From: an uncultured delta proteobacterium
GTDB taxonomy: Bacteria; Desulfobacterota; Binatia; Binatales; Binataceae
Length of the DNA: 64,000 nt
Direction: 5' to 3'
Assembly: GCA_963774665.1 (NCBI GenBank)
Contig: CAVZGB010000023.1
Span: 76,277-140,276, forward strand
How positions within the stretch are numbered: the first letter of the stretch is position 1; each line of letters begins with the position of its first letter. The position numbers were made by a program, and so were the translations under genes. The notes beneath the pieces were generated by a model. That model was not told the DNA's origin, ran no database searches, and saw nothing but the letters and a program-made list of their open reading frames with translations. This document shows positions 56,769-64,000 of the stretch, one piece after another.

Positions 56769-58283
56769 ATGATTGCGTCCAACACAATCGTCGGCGGACG
56801 TTACCGCGTGATGAGGCCGCTGGGCGGAGGCGGCATGAAACTCGTCTATCTCGCCGAGGACCTGCGGCTGGCCTCGCGCGAGTGTGCGCTGGCCGAGATG
56901 GTCGACACTTTCACCAGCCCCGAGACTCAGAAGCAGGCGGTCGCCGCGTTTCAGCGCGAGGCCGACATGCTCGCGCAACTCAGCAATGAACATATCCCGC
57001 GCGTGTTCGATCGCTTCAGCGATCAGAACCATCACTATCTCGTCATGGAGTACATCGACGGGATAACCCTCGAGCAGAAGCTCCAGAACGCCGGCGGCAA
57101 GCTCCCCGAGACCGAGGTTATCGATGTGGCGCTGCAAGTTCTCGACACGCTCGAGTACCTGCACAACCTGGAACCTCCCGTGATTTATCGCGACCTGAAG
57201 CCGTCGAACGTAATGCTGACGCCGTCGGATCAGGTCAAGCTGATCGACTTCGGAATCGCGCGATTGTTCCAGCCGCTGAGCAACGCCACCATGATCGGCA
57301 CGCAGGGCTACGCGCCGCCTGAGCAATATCGCGGCAAGGTCGAGTTCCGATCCGACCTGTATGCGTTGGGCGCCACGATGCATCATGCGTTGTCGGGTCG
57401 CGATCCCGCGGTCGAGCCGCCGTTCAGTTTTCCGCCGTTGCGTTCGCTGTGCCCTGACATTACTCCCGCGCTCTGCGAGCTGATCGATCAAGCGCTCAAG
57501 TACGATGTGGTATTGCGCGTGGCCGACGCGGCGGAATTCCGGCAGCGGCTGATTGCGATCAAGTCGGGCGCGCCGATCGCGATGCCGCAGCGAAATTCGG
57601 TAACCGCGCCGTCCTCGCGTCCGCAACTCAAGCTGCCGCTCAGCGAGCAGCGAGCTTCCGCGCCGACGATGCTGAGCAATCAGATCGAGACGCAATGTCC
57701 GCGATGTGGCCGGAACATCCCGGTGGATTCGAATTACTGCTCGTTTTGCGCGGCCGACGTGACGGGACGATTGTCGGGGCTGGATCGCGGCGCGACGCCT
57801 GAGGCGCAGACGATCATACTCGATGACGTCGCGTCGCCTCGCGAATTTCCGGGTCCGATCTTTCAAGAGCATCGGCGCCGCCGCCGTCCCGCACGAACGC
57901 TGGCGCTGGTGGTTGGTGGATTTTTTCTTTTGGGGTACCTGATTTTCCATTCGTCGCAGCCGCAGCCTTCCGATGGTGACACCGGACCCGGACCCGACTT
58001 CGGTTCCGTGCCTGCGGTGCCGAACCCTGATGCGCCCGTGCCAGGAGAGCCGGCCGAGCCGGCGCATACGGAGCCGCGAGAGATAGCGCTGCGCCGCGCG
58101 CTCGACGCACAGGGCTACAATTCGGTCCGTTTCAAAATGGAAGGAGACACCATCATCTTATGGGGCTCAGTGCCGACTGAAGCCGATCGCCTGATGGTGC
58201 AGACGCAGATCTTCCTGGTGGCGCGAATTTTCTCGATTGAAGACCACCTCCAGGTACGCGATAACTTCTTCGCCGAGCCGTAG
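56769..58283 (+). CDS. Hanks-type Ser/Thr kinase with relocated catalytic lysine, zinc ribbon, TM and BON-like domain
   Basis: GGGGMKLVY, CALAE, READ (alphaC Glu), YRDLKPSN, DFG, APPE; CPRC...CSFC; TM; C-terminal ILWGSVPT...DHLQV. Confidence 0.92.
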   Translation: MIASNTIVGGRYRVMRPLGGGGMKLVYLAEDLRLASRECALAEMVDTFTSPETQKQAVAAFQREADMLAQLSNEHIPRVFDRFSDQNHHYLVMEYIDGITLEQKLQNAGGKLPETEVIDVALQVLDTLEYLHNLEPPVIYRDLKPSNVMLTPSDQVKLIDFGIARLFQPLSNATMIGTQGYAPPEQYRGKVEFRSDLYALGATMHHALSGRDPAVEPPFSFPPLRSLCPDITPALCELIDQALKYDVVLRVADAAEFRQRLIAIKSGAPIAMPQRNSVTAPSSRPQLKLPLSEQRASAPTMLSNQIETQCPRCGRNIPVDSNYCSFCAADVTGRLSGLDRGATPEAQTIILDDVASPREFPGPIFQEHRRRRRPARTLALVVGGFFLLGYLIFHSSQPQPSDGDTGPGPDFGSVPAVPNPDAPVPGEPAEPAHTEPREIALRRALDAQGYNSVRFKMEGDTIILWGSVPTEADRLMVQTQIFLVARIFSIEDHLQVRDNFFAEP

Positions 58284-58293
58284 CATCCACCCG

Positions 58294-58953
58294 ATGATCG
58301 CCGACTTGCACGTCCATACAAAGCTTTCGTCCGACTCCAACGTCGCGCCGGAGCAATATCTCGAATTCGCGAAGACCTCGGTCCGCGGCCTCGGTGCGAT
58401 TTGCTTCACTGAGCACCGGCTGTTCCCGAACGATGCCGAAGTTGAACGGCTGTACGCCGAACTCGCGGAACGATTTCAGATTGCAATCTTCAGAGGAATC
58501 GAAGCCGACACCGACCTCGGCCATTTGCTGCTGTTCGGCGTGAACGACGAGGTGATGCGTCGATTCGATCTGACGGCGCGGATGCTCAAGAGCGACAGCC
58601 TGATCGAAGTGATTCATCATGAGGGCGGCGTCGCGATACCGGCGCATCCGTTTCGTGACTCGGGCTACGGCTCACGGCTGGACGCTCTGCTCAGCCGCCA
58701 TGGCTCGGCGATTGGCGCGGTCGAGGTGCTGAACGGTCAGAATTCGATCGACGAAAATCGGCGCGCGGAGGACGCTGCACTCAAGCTCGGGCTGACGGCG
58801 GTAGGCGGTAGTGACGCTCATTTCGCGACGGCAAAATGGTTCATGACGGTCGCGACGGAATTTGAACGCGAGGTTAAGACGGTCGAGCAGATGTGCACGG
58901 AGATTCGCGCCGGACGCGCGCGTCCTTACGTCTTTCCCGATCCGCTCGATTGA
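58294..58953 (+). CDS. PHP-domain metal-dependent phosphoesterase
   Basis: DLHVHT, FTEH, GIE, GHL, PAHP, GSDAH. Confidence 0.9.
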   Translation: MIADLHVHTKLSSDSNVAPEQYLEFAKTSVRGLGAICFTEHRLFPNDAEVERLYAELAERFQIAIFRGIEADTDLGHLLLFGVNDEVMRRFDLTARMLKSDSLIEVIHHEGGVAIPAHPFRDSGYGSRLDALLSRHGSAIGAVEVLNGQNSIDENRRAEDAALKLGLTAVGGSDAHFATAKWFMTVATEFEREVKTVEQMCTEIRAGRARPYVFPDPLD

Positions 58954-60989
58954 ACCGAAACTCGCGCCGCGCGGTTGGCTCGATGCTCTCCAACTCATGC
59001 GTGAATTGCCGGATATCTTGCGAACGCCCGGCTGCGACTAGCTCGTCGCCCTCCTTGAGTGGACGGTCGGGCGTAATAGGCGCGAATCCACTATCGGGAT
59101 TGTTCGCATCCTGAACCGCCAGCACCGTGATGCTGAATCGTGCGCGAGGGTCGAGCTGACGCAACGTTTTCCCCGCAGCATTGGCAGGGACGCTGATACG
59201 CGTCACGCGATAGCCGGTCGCCCAGTAAATATTGGTGTCGCGCGTGGCGAGCGTCGAGAGCGAAACTGACACGCGATTGAGTGCCTGCGCAATTTGCCGG
59301 CTGGTGACGAGCCCGAGAAAACGGCGCGTGAGGCGCTCGACCACCGGAATCTCGTCGAGACCGTCGTGCTCCATCAGCTGGCTGGCCTCGTCAAGATTCG
59401 CGTCGAGCGGCACGGTCGGACCGTGCGCATTACAGATGTCGAAGGCGTTCACGAGCGGACCTAGCTCTTGCCCGCGGCCGATCACGGTCAACAAATCTCG
59501 CACGACGATTGTACCCGACGAGCTCGCCGTCGCTGGAAATCACTGGCAAGGTGGATTGCGCGGTCTCGCCCGCAGTGCGCAGCACCTCCGCCAGCGAAGT
59601 GTTCTCGGTTACGATGGTGACGTTCTTGGTAACCACCGCGCTGACCGGAATGAGCGCGAGCGCGAGGCGTTCGCGCCCGATTTGCAGCGTCTTGCCCTCG
59701 CGCGCGAGGCGGAACTCGTCGATCGATTCGGTTTCGATCGCGCGCGCCACGACCAGCGCTGTGATTGTCGCGATCATCGAAGGCAGCGCGATGGTGTCGC
59801 TATGTGTCATCTCCCAAAGCAGGAACAGTGCCGTCAGCGGCGCATGCGTAGTCCCGGCCAGAAACGCGCCGAGCCCGATCAGCGCGTACGATCCGCGCGG
59901 CCCCGTCAGATGTGGAATCGCCATCGCCGACACGCGCTGGAACAAGCCGCCCGCCATCGTGCCGATGAAAAACGTCGGACCGAAGGAACCTCCAGGCGCG
60001 CCGCATCCCAGCGACACGCTGCTGGCGAAGATTTTTGCGCAGGTCATCGCGGCCAGCATTCCGATGCCGAACTCGCCCGCCATCGCGCGGTTGATGACCG
60101 GATATCCGTCGGACAAATTTTCCGGAAGCCAGATTGCAATCACGCCAACCACTGCGAGTCCCGCCTCGAGCTTGACCCAGACCGGGAGATTCAGCCGGCG
60201 AAACCACGCCTCGGTTGCGTTGAAAAATCGGATGTAGCCCGCCGCAAGCACGCCGAGCGCCGCGCCCATCAGCGCATAGGTCGCCATCTCCCAGTAACTG
60301 CGCAGCAGGAATTCAGGTGCGGTGAAAACGACAGCGTTACCGATAATCGCGCGCGACGTGATCACCGCGGTGAAGGTGGCGATGATCAGCAGAGTGAGGT
60401 TGGCGATCTCGGTGTGGCCGAGCAGGACGATTTCCTGCGCGAACATCAGGCCGCCGATCGGCGCGTTGAAGGTCGTCGCGATACCCGCGCCCGCGCCCGC
60501 CGCCATCAGCACCTTGGCGCGATCGGGCGACAGATTCCTGAGCTGCGCGATAGTCGAGCCGATCGCGCCTCCCACTTGCGCGATTGGACCTTCGCGTCCG
60601 ACCGACGCTCCGGCTCCCAATGAAAGCGCGGCGCCCGCTGCCTTCACGAAGATCCACTGCCGTTTCACTTTCGCGGTGCCGAGGTTCACCATCTCCAGGA
60701 AATTTGGAAAGCCGTAGCCGAGCACGTCGCCAGGAAAAATGCGGTCGAGCACCAGGATTGCGACGCCACCGCTCATCAGAACGATAGGAATCAGTGCGCG
60801 ATGGAATCCGCCCTTGTCAATTCCGAGCGCGTGCCATTCGAGCCCGCGAAACACCCAGGATGAAAATTCGATAAGTTGGCGGAACCCGAGATTTCCCAGC
60901 GCCGCGAGCACGCCTACAATCACCGCCAGCAGGATCAGCTGTACGTATTCGAACTGATCAACGCGCAGCGAAAGTGTAGGTCGTCGCAT
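58874..60989 (-). CDS. ClC family chloride channel/transporter with two CBS domains and an RCK_C domain (frameshift in a G-run near 59505)
   Basis: GREGP, FNAP, GGSFGP, THAPLT; CBS pair, then GKTLRQL...LKEGDEL. Confidence 0.9.
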
Positions 60990-61027
60990 CAGCAACCCCG
61001 TTCCATGAACGCGCTATCTGCCACGAG

Positions 61028-61900
61028 CTACACGCCGAGAAACCGGTGCGTGACTGCCAGGAATTCGTCGAGGCGATCGTGATGCACCCAGTGACCGGCC
61101 TTGTCGACGGTCACCGACTCTGCGCGCTTGAACGCCTGGATGCGCCCATCCTTGACCCAATCGCCCGCCCACGATTCCGTACCGCGAATCAGCAACGTCG
61201 GGCACGTGATGCGTCCCCAGATTTCGCGCGCGTCGCGGTTGTTGAACATGTACGGCGACGTCGCGTGAACGTAATTGTCGAACTTCCACGAGTAGGTGCC
61301 ATTCTCGTTGCGGCGAACTCCCCAAATTGTGAGATGGAGCGCCTGCGCGCGGCTCAGGTGCGGATTGGCCTCCATCATGCGCGCGAGAGCCTCCTCGATC
61401 GACGGGTACTCGCGCACCTTGCGCCGTGCGAGCGTCTGCATCTGGCCGATCCAGTTGTTCATGCGCTCGTAGGCGGGAGTGTCCTTGATCATTCCCGGCG
61501 GCGGCCCCATTCCCTCGATCGAGACCACGCGCTTGACCGCATCGGGATGCGTGCCAGTGTACTGCAAAACGATTCCCCCACCGAGCGAGTGGCCAATGAG
61601 TGTTGCGGGCTCGGTGGACACGGCGCTCATGAGCTGTGCGAGGTCCAGCACGTAGTCGATCATCGAATAGCCGCTGCCCACAGCCCAGTCGGAGTCGCCG
61701 TGGCCGCGAAGGTCAGGCGCGATGATGTGAAAGTGCTGTCGCAGATCGAGCGCGACCCAATCCCAGTTGCGGCAATGGTCCCGGCCGCCATGCACCAATA
61801 CGAGCAGCGGCTTGTCGGGATTGCCCCAATCGACGTAGTGCAGTTTCAGCCGCTGCGAATAAAAATAATGCGAAGTCGGCCCGATGATGCTATCGGCCAT
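61028..61900 (-). CDS. alpha/beta hydrolase
   Basis: LVHGG, PDLRGHG, GHSLGG, AGHWVH. Confidence 0.9.
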   Translation of the reverse strand: MADSIIGPTSHYFYSQRLKLHYVDWGNPDKPLLVLVHGGRDHCRNWDWVALDLRQHFHIIAPDLRGHGDSDWAVGSGYSMIDYVLDLAQLMSAVSTEPATLIGHSLGGGIVLQYTGTHPDAVKRVVSIEGMGPPPGMIKDTPAYERMNNWIGQMQTLARRKVREYPSIEEALARMMEANPHLSRAQALHLTIWGVRRNENGTYSWKFDNYVHATSPYMFNNRDAREIWGRITCPTLLIRGTESWAGDWVKDGRIQAFKRAESVTVDKAGHWVHHDRLDEFLAVTHRFLGV

Positions 61901-61939
61901 GTGCCGGTCTCTCCACGATTCCTAGACGTGCGTCAAACG

Positions 61940-63262
61940 CTACAGGTTAGGCTGGATCTCGTCGAGTGCCGCGCGCGCCGTGCGAATGATGAACTCGATT
62001 TCCGCGTCACCGATGATGAACGGCGGCGTAATCATCATCGCGTCGCCACCAGCCTTCCCCGCCATCCCGGTCGCCGGATAAAAGAACAACCCTTTTCGAA
62101 CCGCCGCGCCCAGCACGCGATTCGTCACCTTTTTTTCAGGAGAGTATGGCGTGCGGGTCGCCTTCTCCTGAACAAGTTCGATCCCCCAGAACATCCCGGT
62201 GCCGCGAATGTCGCCAACCATCGGATGCCCCGACAGTTCTTCTTTCAAACTCGATCCGAGTCGCGCGCCGACTTCTGCCGAGCGCTCCACCAGTCGCTCG
62301 CGCTCCATGATTGCCAGCACTTCGTCGGCGACCGCGCACGCCACTGGATGCGAGCTGTAGGTGTAGAACATGAACTCGGCCTTGGCGCGCTCGACTTCCT
62401 CGACCAGCGTTTCCTTCACCGCGATCATACCCATCGGCATATAACCGCCGGTAAGTCCTTTGCCGCCGACCAGGATGTCCGGCACGACGTCCCAATGATC
62501 CACGCCGAAACGCCGACCAGTGCGGCCGAAGCCGGTCATCACTTCGTCGGCAATCAGCAACACGTCGTAGCGCGTGCAGATCTCGCGAATCTTCGGCCAG
62601 TACTCCTTGACCGGAGGGACCACGCCGCCGCTCGATCCCATCATCGGCTCCGCGATAAACGCAGCGATCGAGTCGGGACCGTTCTTGAGAATCTCTTTTT
62701 CGAGTGCAGTCGCGCAGTCGAGATCGCATGACGGATACGTTTTGCCCCATGGGCATCGATAGCAGTACGTCGGATCGATCTTCGGCCAGTCCAGCAAAAT
62801 GTGTTCGTAATCAGCGCGTCGGCCGCTCCCACCCGCCGACAACGCCGCAATAGTGTTGCCGTGATATGAGAAGCGGCGCCCAATGATCCTGTTCTTCGAT
62901 TGTTTGCCGCGAGCCTTGTTGTAGAGAATCGCAAACTTCAGCGCAGCTTCGACCGCCTCCGATCCGCCGCTGGTGAAGAAGAAGCGCGACAGCCCCGCCG
63001 GAGTCCATCGCGTTAGACGCTCGACGAGCCGCTCGCGCTCGGCCGAAGTCCAGACCGGCACAATATAGTCGAGCTTCGAGATCGTGCGCGCAGTCGCCTC
63101 CGCGATTTCACGGCGGCCCTGCCCTATGTTCACCACTACGGCGCCGCCGCCCGCGTCGAGAATCTTGTGGCCGTCGGAGGTGTAGAGCCATGGGCCTTCG
63201 GCACGCTCGATTCGAATCGGATCGTGCGGACCGCGCATGAACATAGGAACTGGCTGTGGCAT
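61940..63262 (-). CDS. class III PLP aminotransferase
   Basis: TSGGSEAVE, SYHG, FIAEP, DEVMTGFGRTG, GKGLTGGY. Confidence 0.93.
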   Translation of the reverse strand: MPQPVPMFMRGPHDPIRIERAEGPWLYTSDGHKILDAGGGAVVVNIGQGRREIAEATARTISKLDYIVPVWTSAERERLVERLTRWTPAGLSRFFFTSGGSEAVEAALKFAILYNKARGKQSKNRIIGRRFSYHGNTIAALSAGGSGRRADYEHILLDWPKIDPTYCYRCPWGKTYPSCDLDCATALEKEILKNGPDSIAAFIAEPMMGSSGGVVPPVKEYWPKIREICTRYDVLLIADEVMTGFGRTGRRFGVDHWDVVPDILVGGKGLTGGYMPMGMIAVKETLVEEVERAKAEFMFYTYSSHPVACAVADEVLAIMERERLVERSAEVGARLGSSLKEELSGHPMVGDIRGTGMFWGIELVQEKATRTPYSPEKKVTNRVLGAAVRKGLFFYPATGMAGKAGGDAMMITPPFIIGDAEIEFIIRTARAALDEIQPNL

Positions 63263-63469
63263 AGCCGAATCTTAACTGTGAAAAGCTCTCATGGAAACAG
63301 CGGAGCATTGGGAAGCACAGCGGCGCACAAATATCCGCGCGCGAGTTAGGGTTTTGACTTTGCGTTCAACGGAGAGAGCGGGCGCAAAAAGGCGACTGCG
63401 GTGTAGTTTGTCTGCGGGGTTGTCAGCGATACAGCGCCCGCCACGATCCACGCGCGACCGACTACCACG

Positions 63470-63618
63470 TCAGCGAACGTCGACCGCGAGCACCGCCTCG
63501 CGCTGCTCCTTGTTCAATCCTTGCAGATCTTGTTCAATCCTTGCAGATAGGGTGGGTCACGCTCGGCCGCAGGCGCTTCCCGGCCATCGCCAAAGGCGGC
63601 GTCGAGGGGGGTCGCCAT
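63470..63618 (-). pseudogene. 5' remnant of a UvrD/PcrA-like helicase with a 20-bp tandem duplication
   Basis: MATPLDAAFGDGREAPAAERDPPYLQGLNK-EQREAVLAVD (Q-motif) once the repeat CTTGTTCAATCCTTGCAGAT x2 (63509-63548) is collapsed. Confidence 0.65.
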
Positions 63619-63705
63619 AATTGTGTGGATTCGCGGTCATGTTCACTTATAATGTAGCAGCGGCCGCCGCGCCGTGTCGCGCGCAGATTCCTGGGGAGAA
63701 ATCCC

Positions 63706-64000
63706 ATGAGACGGTTCTTGGCAGCTCTCGGGTCCTTGCTCTTTTTCGTGATCGCACCGGGGACACTTGCAGTTTACGTCCCTTGGTCGATCACGGATTG
63801 GCATTTAAAACCCGCCTTTCTCGGACTTGATGCGTTGCGCGTTGTGGGCGCAGCGCTCGTCTTCCTCGGTCTCATTGTTCTCATTGAATCTTTCGCTCGC
63901 TTCGTATGGAAGGGTTTTGGAACGCCCGCCCCGGTCGCGCCGCCCATAAGGCTTGTGGTGACCGGTTTCTATCGGCGGGTTCGCAATCCCATATATATCG
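63706..64000 (+). CDS. isoprenylcysteine carboxylmethyltransferase/PEMT-like membrane protein (partial)
   Basis: GGAG RBS; GFGTPAP...LVVTGFYRRVRNPIY. Confidence 0.88.
   Translation, partial: MRRFLAALGSLLFFVIAPGTLAVYVPWSITDWHLKPAFLGLDALRVVGAALVFLGLIVLIESFARFVWKGFGTPAPVAPPIRLVVTGFYRRVRNPIYI

Noticed and set aside
56769-58283. dead pseudokinase
   Set aside because: All other catalytic motifs are intact and a compensating Lys is present in the Gly-rich loop; not fully excluded without an assay
13081-62731. long antisense ORFs (13081..14331, 27304..28305, 31346..32464, 36232..37185, 39616..41124, 56649..58067, 59232..60623, 61046..62731)
   Set aside because: Shadows of well-supported genes in GC-rich DNA, with no motifs of their own
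63509-63548. target-site duplication of a resident mobile element
   Set aside because: The two 20-mers are directly adjacent with nothing inserted, so slippage or an excision scar cannot be distinguished

Overview
GC-rich bacterial chromosomal window. The rpmE-prfA-prmC-murA-his order resembles deltaproteobacteria-like lineages; a Binatia-like soil organism is an inference, not verified. The core block is rpmE, prfA, prmC, murA, hisD, hisB and hisA; glpK, gshA, a dacA-like gene and sppA lie elsewhere in the window. Accessory loci include: a sigma-54-driven Tad minor-pilin operon, three tandem flp pilin genes, a duplicated arylsulfatase/outer-membrane-protein module, a RelE/Phd toxin-antitoxin pair, a DapA-family aldolase plus PfkB-kinase/KpsF-like SIS fusion, a DyP-encapsulin operon, a decayed islet that duplicated the 3' end of a luciferase-like monooxygenase gene, a TetR/di-iron/PaaG-like catabolic cluster, and an FHA/zinc-ribbon/Ser-Thr kinase/PHP operon converging on a ClC-CBS-RCK_C transporter. 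The most striking signal is the kinase: its beta-3 catalytic lysine is replaced by Ala and a Lys sits in the Gly-rich loop (GGGGMKLVY...CALAE), the arrangement of eukaryotic WNK kinases, and it lies next to a ClC with a non-canonical selectivity filter. Three families of short dispersed palindromic repeats were found. About eleven single-base frameshifts split otherwise intact genes and are probably assembly errors. No rRNA, tRNA, CRISPR array, integrase or transposase was recognised. All calls come from manual motif reading; no database searches were run.
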